In this document: positions 46,311 through 56,545 of the stretch, in pieces
Numbering within the stretch: the stretch's first letter is position 1
Layout of the letters: each line of letters opens with the position of its first letter
Source of the DNA: an uncultured Methanosarcinales archaeon
Lineage (GTDB): Archaea; Nanobdellota; Nanobdellia; Woesearchaeales; 21-14-0-10-32-9
Length of the DNA stretch: 64,000 nucleotides
NCBI GenBank assembly: GCA_964548665.1
Contig: CAZJQL010000001.1
Location: 5,462-69,461 of the forward strand
Direction of reading: 5' to 3'
Translations under genes and position numbers: made by a program
The notes under the pieces: generated by a model
The model's database searches: none
The model's input: the letters and a program-made list of their open reading frames with translations, nothing else
What the model was told of the DNA's origin: nothing

Positions 46311-47477
46311 ATGACTAAAAACATAAAGCTCATTTATGTAATTTCTGCTTTAATGTGGGGTCGTTTCTTTGTACCTGTTTTAGCTCTTTTTTATATAGCT
46401 TCTCAGGTTTCTCTAAAAGAATTTGGAATAATCCTGGGTGTTTTTTCAGCAACAATTATGTTGCTTGAGATACCATCAGGCATTTTGGCAGATAGAATTG
46501 GAAAGAAAAAAACTCTTCTCATTTCCAGATTTTTGTATCTGATAGAAGTAGTTTTGCTCGCATTTACAAACGGATTTTTAATTTTTTTAATTGCAAAGAT
46601 TTTGAGTGGTATCGCAGTAAGTCTTACTAGTGGAACAAGTCAAGCTTTGCTTTATGATTCAGTTAAAAAATATGGACAAGAGCATGAATTCAAAAAAATA
46701 TTTGGAATACAAAAACTCATTTCATACACATCTATGGGTTTTGTTTTTGTGATTGGTTCGTATCTTTTCTCAATAAATTCCAAGCTTCCGGCAATCGCGT
46801 CTCTTCCTTTGCTCTTTCTTGGCTTTATCTTGACTTTTTTTATTGAAGAACCGCATCCTTCAGAAAATAAAAATACTCATATTTTTGAATATTTTAAAAA
46901 AGGAGTTGACTTATTTAGAACTCACCCTCAACTTCTCATACTTTTACTTATCAGCATTCCATCTTTTGTTATCAATGAGGTTATTTTAACAAATTCATCA
47001 GTCTATTTTATTACCATATCAGTTCCGGTTGCTGCAATAGGTTCGATAAATTTTTTTATAAATATTTTCGCTGCACAAAGTTCTAAGCATTCAGAAAATA
47101 TTCTAAGTTTTTTTAACAACAACATTGTTTTTTTGGTTCTTTTTTCTATTTTGATTTGCTTACTTTTAGGATTTTCAATACCTTACTTGGGCGTTTTATT
47201 TTTCTTCATCGTGGCAGGAATTGTTGCTTTATTAGACATATTTTTAGAGGATTCCTTTAATAAAAAAATAGTTTCGAAATACAGAGCCACCAGCCTCAGC
47301 ATAAAAAATATGATCATAAATCTTGGTCTGTTTTTTGGATATATGATATTCGGTTTTTCTTCAATCAATTCACTTGAAACTGGATTTTTTATATTAGCCA
47401 TAATATCTTTTGTTTTTGTATGTGCAGTCTATTTTTTTAACTTTCATCTAAGAAAAAAAGAAAGAGTGTTCAGATAA
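46311..47477 (+). CDS. MFS transporter
   Basis: 388 aa, 12 TM, GILADRIGKKK loop motif. Confidence 0.7.
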   Translation: MTKNIKLIYVISALMWGRFFVPVLALFYIASQVSLKEFGIILGVFSATIMLLEIPSGILADRIGKKKTLLISRFLYLIEVVLLAFTNGFLIFLIAKILSGIAVSLTSGTSQALLYDSVKKYGQEHEFKKIFGIQKLISYTSMGFVFVIGSYLFSINSKLPAIASLPLLFLGFILTFFIEEPHPSENKNTHIFEYFKKGVDLFRTHPQLLILLLISIPSFVINEVILTNSSVYFITISVPVAAIGSINFFINIFAAQSSKHSENILSFFNNNIVFLVLFSILICLLLGFSIPYLGVLFFFIVAGIVALLDIFLEDSFNKKIVSKYRATSLSIKNMIINLGLFFGYMIFGFSSINSLETGFFILAIISFVFVCAVYFFNFHLRKKERVFR

Positions 47478-47907
47478 ACTTTTTTAATATTTTAGGCAAC
47501 ATTAACTTGAGATCTCTTGATAGAAAGTTTTTATTTCCTTCTAGTTCAGAAAGAGAAAAGAATTTTGATTTTTTTTCATCAAATATGTCCTCATTCGGAC
47601 TAAGTTTTCCTTCCACATAAACAATAAATTTGTGTGCAATTATTTCTTTTCCCTTCGGATGAATAAATTTGACTTTACCAAAGTAAGTTAACTCTGAAAT
47701 CTTTTCTATTCCTTTTACTTCTTCCTTGAGCTCTCGTAATGCTGCAATCTTAAGTTCTTCTACAGCAGGATGTGAAACATCTCTACACTCCTCAGAATCT
47801 ATTTTTCCGCCAGGAGTTTCAAACCAAGAATGTTTTTTTCTCCACAGAAGGTAAATTTGGTGGTTAGAATTAAAAACGAAACATCCTGAAATTATTTTTT
47901 TATTCAT
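47470..47907 (-). CDS. NUDIX hydrolase (start moved to internal Met to avoid 98-bp overlap)
   Basis: Nudix box GGKIDSEE...ELKIAALRELKEEVG. Confidence 0.75.
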   Translation of the reverse strand: MNKKIISGCFVFNSNHQIYLLWRKKHSWFETPGGKIDSEECRDVSHPAVEELKIAALRELKEEVKGIEKISELTYFGKVKFIHPKGKEIIAHKFIVYVEGKLSPNEDIFDEKKSKFFSLSELEGNKNFLSRDLKLMLPKILKKFI

Positions 47908-47908
47908 T

Positions 47909-49231
47909 TTAATAAGGTTCTGTAGTGCATCTGAAACCCCAAGAATTTGCACTCCAATGTGGACTTCCTCCAAAATCTGCAGAGTATATTCCTCCATCCA
48001 GACCATTTATGAAATGTCCTCCCCTTAATAGGGCCTTACCTGTAGTGGCGACCGAATATATTCTTCCTACGCCTTGATTTGCATTATAAGCAACAAATGG
48101 TCCGAGCTCGTATTTTTTATCTAAAGAAGAACTTCTGGTGTAACTCGAACGCCATTGACATGCAGACATTCCATCGTTTTCATGAAAACTAAACCAGCCT
48201 GTTCCTGAACATGAATTTCCATCAAGTGACACATAAGGAGATCCTGCTTCCGGTAAATCTGTCCATTCCTTTGCATTTCCCGCAAAATCCCAAATTTCTC
48301 CTCCGTTGCTTAAATATAACGTTCTTCTGTTTATTCCAGTCAAATCGCTTGTGCTGTCTTTTAGTTGCCCACTATCACTATTGCCCCTATATATTTTTCC
48401 AACACCTTTTAGTCCTGAATCCCAATTATAAAGAACTGATTCCATATTTCTTGCAATCGTTAACCATTCTAGATTCGTAATTAAATCATAACCAGCAGCA
48501 TCACAGGCATAGTAAGCATCATAATAAGATATACTGACCCAAGGAAGTCCTGAAGATACACTTATAGGCAAACTTCCATTTCTTCTTGCTTCATAAGTCA
48601 TTACACAAAAATCAGGAACTTCTAGATAAGTACTTCCTGGAACATATGTAAATCCTTGAGGACAATAAATGTGACCATCATAGTTTTCTATTGTTTGCAA
48701 AAACTCATTATATGACTGCTTGGTTGTTGTTTCATATTCCTCGAAATTTTCAACTTTTTGAGAAACACCTGCACTTACAACTTTAGCATAAGCGTCTGAT
48801 CCTGTGGGCGAGTAATACTTGAATGAAACATCTAATTGTTCATTTTTTCCAGCAGATAATTCTCCCGCACATTTTATTGCAAAACTTTCTCCATCAGAAA
48901 CAACACTATCCGTTGTTTCGCAAGATATGTTTTCACCTGTAGATTTTACCGTAGCTGTCGCACCAGTTATTGCAACATCTGTTCCGAGAGTATTTTTAAA
49001 TTTGAAATTTTGAGTTTTGTCAGTTACAACGACTGATTCGCAACCAAAACCTTGTTCAGACGTGCATTTTTTTACGCCAGGCATACTTAGTACTCCAAAA
49101 TGGCTCAATGCGCCTACTAAAACTAGAACTACAAGAAACGCCCAACCATATGTTGTTAGAAACTCTAGTGCGCCTTGTGCTCTTCTATTCATACTGTTTC
49201 TCAGCCCACCTAGTATAAAAAGCTTTCTCAA
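47909..49231 (-). CDS. archaeal type IV pilin-like signal peptide fused to FGE-sulfatase (SUMF1-like) domain
   Basis: N-terminal RRAQGALEFLTTYGWAFLVVLVLV (class III signal). C-terminal ...LRGGHF...SWGFRC is the FGE-sulfatase signature. Confidence 0.55.
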   Translation of the reverse strand: MRKLFILGGLRNSMNRRAQGALEFLTTYGWAFLVVLVLVGALSHFGVLSMPGVKKCTSEQGFGCESVVVTDKTQNFKFKNTLGTDVAITGATATVKSTGENISCETTDSVVSDGESFAIKCAGELSAGKNEQLDVSFKYYSPTGSDAYAKVVSAGVSQKVENFEEYETTTKQSYNEFLQTIENYDGHIYCPQGFTYVPGSTYLEVPDFCVMTYEARRNGSLPISVSSGLPWVSISYYDAYYACDAAGYDLITNLEWLTIARNMESVLYNWDSGLKGVGKIYRGNSDSGQLKDSTSDLTGINRRTLYLSNGGEIWDFAGNAKEWTDLPEAGSPYVSLDGNSCSGTGWFSFHENDGMSACQWRSSYTRSSSLDKKYELGPFVAYNANQGVGRIYSVATTGKALLRGGHFINGLDGGIYSADFGGSPHWSANSWGFRCTTEPY

Positions 49232-49273
49232 AAATAAAACGAGACTTATTAAAAATTATTTAAAAAAAAGTTT

Positions 49274-50059
49274 TTATGCAATGTCTAGAATTTTTCTTAC
49301 AATTATGTTTATGATTATGCTTAAAATTATGTAAACTCCCAGCCATCCTGGTTTCCATCCTAATAAACTGATTTCTCCCAGAGGCCTTACAGAAGCGTAC
49401 CCTACACTTATTTTTAATAATTGACTATCTTTATACTCAGATACAGGAGCCAAATATTTTTTGTTTGAAGTTATTAGTATTTCTTTTGTTTGTTTGAATG
49501 TATCTCCTTCTATTAAAATAGTATACGTTCCTTCCTGAGGTGCAGAAAGCGCCCATTGTATTTCTGTTCCTTTATTTGAAGAAACGGAGTATGACTCATT
49601 TTTCTGACCCATCATAGCAGGCACGCTGGAAAGCTTTATTTCACTTATATTTCCAGAATAATTTGGAGAAATTAAGGCAGTGACATAAAATTCTTGTTCA
49701 GGCATTATTGGCTGATATGAAAGAGAGGCAGTCATCCAAGAAAACAATAAAATTAAAGGTATAAATGTATAAATCATCGATTTGAATGATTGTTTCATCA
49801 TTTCAGAATTCATTTCGAGCATTTGTTTTGTAAGCTCGTTTATTTTTTTTGGATTGTCTTTGTATTTTTTTTGTTTATCTCTTAACTCTTTTAGTTGCTT
49901 TTTTATTTCTTTTAGCCTTTTCTGATCCGTGGTATATTTATAAATTATCGTTGTTAAAATAGTTATTACAATAGCTAAAATCAAAATTATTAGCAAATAA
50001 TCTAAACTCATAAAAGAATCATACAAAGTCGTAAATATGTTTGCCATTTTATTTTTCAC
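49274..50059 (-). CDS. DUF106 (archaeal YidC/Oxa1/EMC3-like insertase) with about 130-aa C-terminal extension
   Basis: TM1 - coiled coil (KRLKEIKKQLKELRDK...MMKQSFKSM) - TM2; adjacent to secY as usual. Confidence 0.65.
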   Translation of the reverse strand: MKNKMANIFTTLYDSFMSLDYLLIILILAIVITILTTIIYKYTTDQKRLKEIKKQLKELRDKQKKYKDNPKKINELTKQMLEMNSEMMKQSFKSMIYTFIPLILLFSWMTASLSYQPIMPEQEFYVTALISPNYSGNISEIKLSSVPAMMGQKNESYSVSSNKGTEIQWALSAPQEGTYTILIEGDTFKQTKEILITSNKKYLAPVSEYKDSQLLKISVGYASVRPLGEISLLGWKPGWLGVYIILSIIINIIVRKILDIA

Positions 50060-50134
50060 ACTTTTTGCTTTTTATCGATGTCTATAATGCCCACGCATTT
50101 ATCACAATAAAAACATGTCGTCAACACATTAACA

Positions 50135-51517
50135 CTAATTCATCGAAATAAACTTTCTCATCATAGGATTCATGTCATACATGTGTTGTTTTGCTATATC
50201 TTCATATAATTTATATATAATCATGACTGTAAGAAGCAAACCTGTTCCTGAACCTATTGCCCCAGTTAATCCAGCAATACTTGCTAGAAGCCCTATTGCA
50301 ATTCCTCCCATAACAGTTAGAGGTAAGATGTATCTGTTCAATAATCTTTCTAAAACTCTTTGATCACGTCTAAATCCTGGAATTTGAAGACCTGATGCAA
50401 CCATTTGTTTTGCTTGACTTGCAGCATCAAGCCCTGATGTTTGTACCCAGAATATACTAAAAACTGTAGCACCTATAACATAAACTATTATGAATGTTAG
50501 CGCTTGGCCAACCATTATCCAATTAAGAGATCCTACTATTGTGGCCTGCAAGATATCAGGTTGGTTCAACCAAAATACAAAACCAGAAACTGGTGTTTGT
50601 CCTGCAAATGTTCCTAAAATAGGATTTCCCATATTTTGCAACAATCTTGCAAAAAGCTGTAAATTAGCGATAAGTGCAGACACTAAAATTATTGGTAAAA
50701 CATTTGCATATAAAAAATTAAGAGGCCATCTTATTCCTTGTCCTGATATTCTTCCGAAGCTTAAAGGTATTTCTACTTTCATTGCTTGAACATAGACAAC
50801 AAATAAGAAGACTGCAATTGTTGCTAAAACCTTAGCTAAATTTAAGCCTATGGTTAGCATATCTGTTTGTCCTGATTGTAAAAACAGCATTTGTATTATT
50901 ACTGGAATTGCTCCGGTCGCTATTTCTGGATTAAGAGGGCTTGGCAATGGGCTTAATAATTGTATGAATATTTGTTGACTTATTCCTGCCGCAATAAATA
51001 GACTTACACCTGACCCGAAACCATATTTGCTTATGATTTCATCCATAAGCATTATGAAGATACCGCCAATTATCAATTGAACGACTAATATTAGCGGACT
51101 GAATCCTGCTTGTGGAGATAGGCCGCCCATATATACGAAAATGAATGCCTCAATTATTACAAATGCAAATGCAAATAATTTTTGTAAGCCTTGGAATCTT
51201 CTTTTGCCTTCTTGAGTTGTAAGATCCATATTTAATATTCCTGAGCCTTGAAGAAGCTGTAAAACTATGGATCCTGTTACAATAGGACCAATACCTAAAC
51301 TTATTATGCTTCCAAAACTGGCTCCGAGTATTGTACTTAGAAAAGTAAATTGTTCTAATGCATTTTGACCTAAACCATATAATGGTATTAATCCTAAAAG
51401 AAAATATAATGATAGAATTACTCCCGTCCATTTGAGTTTTTGTGTAAAAGAAAGTTTTTTCTGTCCTGATGGCTTTACTTCAGGTATGTTTTCTATTATT
51501 TTGTCTAATAAACTCAT
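50135..51517 (-). CDS. secY: preprotein translocase SecY
   Basis: 460 aa, 10 TM, SecY signatures. Confidence 0.9.
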   Translation of the reverse strand: MSLLDKIIENIPEVKPSGQKKLSFTQKLKWTGVILSLYFLLGLIPLYGLGQNALEQFTFLSTILGASFGSIISLGIGPIVTGSIVLQLLQGSGILNMDLTTQEGKRRFQGLQKLFAFAFVIIEAFIFVYMGGLSPQAGFSPLILVVQLIIGGIFIMLMDEIISKYGFGSGVSLFIAAGISQQIFIQLLSPLPSPLNPEIATGAIPVIIQMLFLQSGQTDMLTIGLNLAKVLATIAVFLFVVYVQAMKVEIPLSFGRISGQGIRWPLNFLYANVLPIILVSALIANLQLFARLLQNMGNPILGTFAGQTPVSGFVFWLNQPDILQATIVGSLNWIMVGQALTFIIVYVIGATVFSIFWVQTSGLDAASQAKQMVASGLQIPGFRRDQRVLERLLNRYILPLTVMGGIAIGLLASIAGLTGAIGSGTGLLLTVMIIYKLYEDIAKQHMYDMNPMMRKFISMN

Positions 51518-51525
51518 TTTTCAGC

Positions 51526-52005
51526 TCACGCTTCCTGTGAAGCTTTTTCTTGTTTGTTTTTTAGCAGTATGATTTTTCCACCTGCTTCTGAAACTTTTCT
51601 TATTGCTGATTCTGATGCCTGCTCCACAGTTATTTCGAGTTTAGATAAAACATTACCTGCCCCCAACAATTTGTGTATCTTCAAAGAAGACAAGTTTATT
51701 GAAATCAATTCTTTTTGTTTAGTTGCTTTTCCTTGTTTGATAAGAGTTCCTATCATTGCTTCTAAATGAGCTAAATTGATTGTATTTATTTTTGTTGTCT
51801 TTTGACTCTGTGAAACAAATCCTCTTTTTCCAAAGTAGTTAGGATCTTCCCAGTATCTTGTTTTCTTGGCGTCGCCTTTTTTTCCGGTTCCCGCATTTCC
51901 TCTTCCTCCTCTGTGGCCTGCGCCTCTATGTTTTTTCTTCGCGCCCCAGCCATGAGTCCAAGATCCTCTTTGTCTACTGTTTTTCTTTCTTTTGTTATGA
52001 GTCAT
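51526..52005 (-). CDS. rpl15: ribosomal protein uL15
   Basis: G/R/K-rich N-terminus GRGNAGTGKKG. Confidence 0.85.
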   Translation of the reverse strand: MTHNKRKKNSRQRGSWTHGWGAKKKHRGAGHRGGRGNAGTGKKGDAKKTRYWEDPNYFGKRGFVSQSQKTTKINTINLAHLEAMIGTLIKQGKATKQKELISINLSSLKIHKLLGAGNVLSKLEITVEQASESAIRKVSEAGGKIILLKNKQEKASQEA

Positions 52006-52015
52006 TGATAATCAC

Positions 52016-52387
52016 TTACATCATTTTTTTTATTAAATCATTTATTTTCTCTCCTCTGTAACCGAGAGCTCCTTTTTCAGAGAATGATTTTTTTATTCCT
52101 TTTCTTTCAAATCCTCCTTTTGGCGGATGCATTGAATAAAACTTGTTTTCGGTCGGTCTTTTTTCATTAAGCTCTTTTAATGTTTCTTCTGAAATTTCTC
52201 CATAAGTTATGTAATCTTTACATTTTTGTAACATTCCTTTTGTTACAGGATTATCTTCCACTATTGCTAAAGATAATTTTTTTTGAAGATTTAGCATTCT
52301 TAGAGTATCTCTTATATCTGTATTCATACCAATTAATCCTCTAAGCAAAATAACTGCTATTTTTTTTCCTTGTTTTTTTTCTGCCAT
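52016..52387 (-). CDS. rpl30: ribosomal protein uL30
   Basis: Position and sequence in the archaeal spc cluster. Confidence 0.8.
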   Translation of the reverse strand: MAEKKQGKKIAVILLRGLIGMNTDIRDTLRMLNLQKKLSLAIVEDNPVTKGMLQKCKDYITYGEISEETLKELNEKRPTENKFYSMHPPKGGFERKGIKKSFSEKGALGYRGEKINDLIKKMM

Positions 52388-52388
52388 T

Positions 52389-53198
52389 TTATGCTACCTT
52401 CAATCTTCCTTCTTTTAAAGATAATGATTCTACATCTTTAGCTCTTACTTTTGTAGTTGATAACATTTTAAGTGCTTGCTCACAAGCTTTTATTAAATTA
52501 ATTTTGTTTTTTGTTTGACCTTGTGTTTTTGACCAAACATCTTTTATTCCTGCAAGCGCAAGTATTTTTGCACATTCTTTTTCTACACACAGCCCTTTAC
52601 CTTTAGGTGCAGGCATAAGCTTTATCTCTACAGATCCACATTTTCCTTCTACTGTGAATGGTATTGAGTTAGGTTCCTTAGAGTTAGATTCCCAACTTCC
52701 GCTACCTCTTGTTATTTTAAATAAATTTAATTTAGCGTTTTTTAACGCTTTTTCTCTGGCAGGAACAGTTTCTTTACTTTTTCCTAAGCCCATTCCAACA
52801 TAACCATCTTTATTTCCTATAACTGCAAGTGTTGTGAATTTTGGTTTATTTCCTTCTCTTGTTTTTTTCTGAGTTTGTCTAAATACTCTTCTTTGGCCCC
52901 CACCGAATTTACCTTTTGCTTGACCTATTAGCAATAGTTCCGATTGCATGTCTGGCAATAAAGAATCTATTATTTCTGGTTCCAGCACAGTTAAGCCATT
53001 ATCTAAAATATAATCTATATCTTTTATTTCTCCTGATTGAACTTTTCTTCCTAAATCTGTCTTAGGAACCCAGCTTGAAGGTATTTTTATTTCTATTTTT
53101 GTTGATTCTTCATCAATAGGTTCAAGCACAACTACTTCTTCTTCCTCTATTTTTGCTTGTTTTTTGGTTATTTTTTTGGTTGTTTTTTTTGCTGGCAT
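52389..53198 (-). CDS. rps5: ribosomal protein uS5
   Basis: dsRBD plus S5 C-terminal domain; K/E-rich N-terminal extension. Confidence 0.85.
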   Translation of the reverse strand: MPAKKTTKKITKKQAKIEEEEVVVLEPIDEESTKIEIKIPSSWVPKTDLGRKVQSGEIKDIDYILDNGLTVLEPEIIDSLLPDMQSELLLIGQAKGKFGGGQRRVFRQTQKKTREGNKPKFTTLAVIGNKDGYVGMGLGKSKETVPAREKALKNAKLNLFKITRGSGSWESNSKEPNSIPFTVEGKCGSVEIKLMPAPKGKGLCVEKECAKILALAGIKDVWSKTQGQTKNKINLIKACEQALKMLSTTKVRAKDVESLSLKEGRLKVA

Positions 53199-53207
53199 GA
53201 TTATCCC

Positions 53208-53723
53208 TTAATTTCCTTTAATTTGTTTTTTGAGTTTTTCGAAATCTTGTGTTATTGATTTGTGCTTATCTAAAAATGTGGAAATGTGTTCTCCTTTTAA
53301 TCTTTGCTCTGATGGGAATATGCTTTCATTTACAGGAATATTTAATCCTGCATCTTTTGCTCCTTTTAGAGCAGCAAATATTTTAGAGCCTTTTAGTGGA
53401 GTCACTAAGCCTAAATCCAATATTGCTTCATTTATTTTGAGCTGTGACGCTTTTTTTGCAAGCAACATTCCTGCAAGGTATGCTGCTGGAAGATTTTTAA
53501 AAGAATGCTTCCAATCCATTTTAGACAGTTCCTTTGATCTTACAGTTGTAATTATTTTGTCGCCATCAGGCGCATATTGTGCAACCTGCAAGATTATTTG
53601 GGTGTTGGTTTTTCTTATAATTAATCTTGGCTTTTTGCTTTTTAATAAAACAAGTCTTTTTTTATAATTAGTTTTGCCTTCTCTTTTTCTTCTGAATCTT
53701 ACAGTATATCTTGTTGTTGCCAT
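53208..53723 (-). CDS. rpl18: ribosomal protein uL18
   Basis: RFRRKREGKTNY N-terminus. Confidence 0.85.
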   Translation of the reverse strand: MATTRYTVRFRRKREGKTNYKKRLVLLKSKKPRLIIRKTNTQIILQVAQYAPDGDKIITTVRSKELSKMDWKHSFKNLPAAYLAGMLLAKKASQLKINEAILDLGLVTPLKGSKIFAALKGAKDAGLNIPVNESIFPSEQRLKGEHISTFLDKHKSITQDFEKLKKQIKGN

Positions 53724-54259
53724 TATTTATCACTTTTTGATTTTGATACTTTTTTTGTTACTTTTTTTGTTGTCTGTTTTGGTGATTGAGCCAATTTATT
53801 TTCCTTATTTTCTTCTTCTTTTTGAAACAACTTATTGTCTTCTAAGTAAATTTTTATGTGTCTTGTACTTCTAAAAAATCCGCCCTTACACTTTAAATAT
53901 AATTTTCTGTATGTGTCATTGGATATTAGTTTCTTTTCTCTGAATTCTGCAATCAGATTTCTTTGACTTCTAATTTTATTCATCCATGATTCTTTTCTTG
54001 GAAGTCTAGCTGTGCTTTTTCCTTGTCTTGAACCTTTTCCTTTTCTTTGACCTTTTGATTTTTGAGATTTTATTTTTCTTGCTCTGCCTCTTGAAACTCC
54101 TTTTTCTTGGATTTTAACAATAGCCCCTTCATCTGCAAGTTTTCTTATATCTGATTTTGTTATTGCGGATTTTATGTCTGCTAATCTCTGATTATCGAAC
54201 TTTATTCTCTTTTCTGAGACATTAAAAACTTGAGACGCTAATCTTTTTTGGATTTTCAT
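53723..54259 (-). CDS. rpl19e: ribosomal protein eL19
   Basis: LASQVFNVSEKRIKFD N-terminus. Confidence 0.85.
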   Translation of the reverse strand: MKIQKRLASQVFNVSEKRIKFDNQRLADIKSAITKSDIRKLADEGAIVKIQEKGVSRGRARKIKSQKSKGQRKGKGSRQGKSTARLPRKESWMNKIRSQRNLIAEFREKKLISNDTYRKLYLKCKGGFFRSTRHIKIYLEDNKLFQKEEENKENKLAQSPKQTTKKVTKKVSKSKSDK

Positions 54260-54266
54260 TTTTCAT

Positions 54267-54800
54267 TTACCTGCTTTTTGTTAGGAGCTTATCTTTTTCA
54301 GCCTTTTCGACTTTCTTTTTTTCTTCTTCATTTATTTCTGGCTGTTGAGCTTCTTTTTCTTTATTATCCTCTGATTTTTTTTCTTCTAATTTTGCTTTTT
54401 GAACTTTATCCGCTTTTTTCTTTGCTAATTGCTTTTTACTTTCGAAAAAATCTTTTGCTTTCTCTTCGTATTTCTTTACATTCAAATTAAATAGCTTTAT
54501 TTTTAATGAGGATGCTTCTTTTATGAGCTCTAATTTTTTTTGCTTGCCCATTCTTGCAAGAACAACACACTCAGCCTTAGGATTGATTTTCTTCAATTCA
54601 GCAAGATTGTGAACCAAAATTATCTTGAGACCATCTGCTGTGTTTCTTTGGGATGCTTTTAATCCGTAACCTGGTCTTACATTTGCAGAGTGCCCTTTTC
54701 TATTAAGTCTTTTTTTATTTGTAATTCCATCTGGCTTTCTCCAAGACAGAGGCAATCTTGCTTTTTTGTGTGTATCTTTTCTTTTGAATGTTTTTTTCAT
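54267..54800 (-). CDS. rpl32e: ribosomal protein eL32 with K/E-rich C-terminal tail
   Basis: WRKPDGITNKKRL...NVRPGYG. Confidence 0.8.
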   Translation of the reverse strand: MKKTFKRKDTHKKARLPLSWRKPDGITNKKRLNRKGHSANVRPGYGLKASQRNTADGLKIILVHNLAELKKINPKAECVVLARMGKQKKLELIKEASSLKIKLFNLNVKKYEEKAKDFFESKKQLAKKKADKVQKAKLEEKKSEDNKEKEAQQPEINEEEKKKVEKAEKDKLLTKSR

Positions 54801-54833
54801 TAAATATCACTCATGTTCTATTTTATTTTATAA

Positions 54834-55400
54834 TCAAACCTTTTTTCCATCTTTTTCAATAATATAAATTCCGTCCTGGAATATTCTTTTATCGAATCCT
54901 GGTCTTCTAGTCAGTTTTTCTATTGAAGCGGCAGTTTGACCTGCTATTTCCTTATCATGTGATTGTACAGTTATAATATCTCCTGAAATTTTTACATCTG
55001 CACCTTGTTTTATTTTCAATGTTCTAGGAACTTTTTCTCCTACAAAATTTTTCAATTCGAATGTGTCTCCTTTCATAGCTACAGTCATAGGAAAGTGACC
55101 TGAACAAATTTTCAGAGAATAAGAAAATCCTTCAGTAACTCCCTTAACCATGTTTTTCAAGTGAGCTTTTGTTGTAAATATTTTATTTTTCTCGTTTCTT
55201 GACATTTTTTTATATTCAAGAACTATTTTTTTATCTTGAACAGTTATTTTTATATCTGAATCAGGCAGCATTCTTGTGATTTGTCCTTTTGGTCCTTTTA
55301 CAGTCATTGTTTTTTTATCTACTGTTAATTCGCAACCTGACAATAAATCTACAGTTTCCATTAATTTATCTTGTGTCATTTTATATCCCTTAGTAAGCAT
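54834..55400 (-). CDS. rpl6: ribosomal protein uL6
   Basis: Two-domain L6 pattern. Confidence 0.8.
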   Translation of the reverse strand: MLTKGYKMTQDKLMETVDLLSGCELTVDKKTMTVKGPKGQITRMLPDSDIKITVQDKKIVLEYKKMSRNEKNKIFTTKAHLKNMVKGVTEGFSYSLKICSGHFPMTVAMKGDTFELKNFVGEKVPRTLKIKQGADVKISGDIITVQSHDKEIAGQTAASIEKLTRRPGFDKRIFQDGIYIIEKDGKKV

Positions 55401-55782
55401 AGCTTATTAGTGTTCCTCCAAGGTTTTTTTCTTTTGCTTCTTTGTTAGTCATTAATCCTTGGTTTGTTGAAACAACAAGTATTCCGAAATCCATCGCTGG
55501 AAGGTATCTCTTTTCGTATTTTTCATAATCTTTAACTTGTATTCTAAATCTTGGTTTAATTACGCCGCACTTATTCAATGATCCTATTAAATTTATTTTC
55601 AAAAGGTTACCTTTTCCATCTTCTATTTGTTCATGACTTCCAACGTAGCCTTCTTGTTGCATTATTTTAAGCACTTCCCTTATAATTTTTGAATTACTAT
55701 TTGAAACAACTTCTTTTTTTCCTAATTTCTCATAATTGTTTATATGAGATAATACGCTTGCCAATGAATCGTTTAATGTCAT
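55390..55782 (-). CDS. rps8: ribosomal protein uS8
   Basis: MTLNDSLASVLSHINN. Confidence 0.85.
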   Translation of the reverse strand: MTLNDSLASVLSHINNYEKLGKKEVVSNSNSKIIREVLKIMQQEGYVGSHEQIEDGKGNLLKINLIGSLNKCGVIKPRFRIQVKDYEKYEKRYLPAMDFGILVVSTNQGLMTNKEAKEKNLGGTLISYAY

Positions 55783-55800
55783 TTTTTTCCTCTCATTTGT

Positions 55801-56031
55801 TTATGAATATTTTTTGAATCCTAAATCTATAGCATTATCTCTAAAACAGTGTCTGCAGAGATGAATACCATATTTTGATATGTGTGATCCCGTTCTTCCA
55901 CAAGTTCTACACTTTTTTGTGGATTCTCCGTGTTTTCTGTTTTTAGGAGTGTTATATTTTTTGAATTTTGCTAATTTAGCTGGTTTTTCTTCTATTTGAC
56001 TTAAAGTCTTAGCATAGTGTGATGTAGTCAT
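55801..56031 (-). CDS. rps14: ribosomal protein uS14 (zinc-binding type Z)
   Basis: CRTCGRTGSHISKYGIHLCRHCFR. Confidence 0.85.
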   Translation of the reverse strand: MTTSHYAKTLSQIEEKPAKLAKFKKYNTPKNRKHGESTKKCRTCGRTGSHISKYGIHLCRHCFRDNAIDLGFKKYS

Positions 56032-56543
56032 TCTTCTTCACCCACTCTTATTGAGTATTTTTTTTTCATAAATTCTATGGCTTCTTCTTTTGAAATTCTA
56101 TGATTACTTGGTATTTTTGAAGGCCTTATTTGCCTGTTTTTTACTCTGAATCCCGCTCTTTTCAGAGTTATTGATGCTTGTAAACCCATCATTCCTATTT
56201 CAGTATCGTATTTTGCATCTTTAATGTCGACGTATTCAGGTATTCCGAAACTTATGTTTCCATGTTCATCGAAACACTCTTCAGCAAGAACATTATCTTT
56301 AGCATATAATATTCTTGGAATCAAATTTTCTGCATCGTCATGTCTGAGAGTGATTTTACAGCCAATTGGCAATCCAGGTCTTAGACCCCATCCTTGAATT
56401 CTCTTATTAGTTATTGTTTTTACAGGAGCTATTCCCGTCAAGTTTTTTAATAATTTTAATCCTTTTTCCAAAACTTTTTGGTCTTTTCCTGCACCTACAT
56501 TCAAGGTAACTTTTTCTATTTTGATTTCTTTCATGCTGTTCAT
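56028..56543 (-). CDS. rpl5: ribosomal protein uL5
   Basis: VTLNVGAGK...GLRPGLPIGCKITLR. Confidence 0.85.
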   Translation of the reverse strand: MNSMKEIKIEKVTLNVGAGKDQKVLEKGLKLLKNLTGIAPVKTITNKRIQGWGLRPGLPIGCKITLRHDDAENLIPRILYAKDNVLAEECFDEHGNISFGIPEYVDIKDAKYDTEIGMMGLQASITLKRAGFRVKNRQIRPSKIPSNHRISKEEAIEFMKKKYSIRVGEEE

Positions 56544-56545
56544 TT

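Noticed and set aside
47908-48006. N-terminal 33 codons of the NUDIX ORF overlapping the upstream FGE gene by 98 bp
   Set aside because: An internal Met at 47907 gives a start 1 bp after the upstream stop with a normal-length Nudix protein, so the longer start was dropped.
53230-53667. 145-aa plus-strand ORF antisense to uL18/eL19
   Set aside because: Antisense to conserved ribosomal protein genes.
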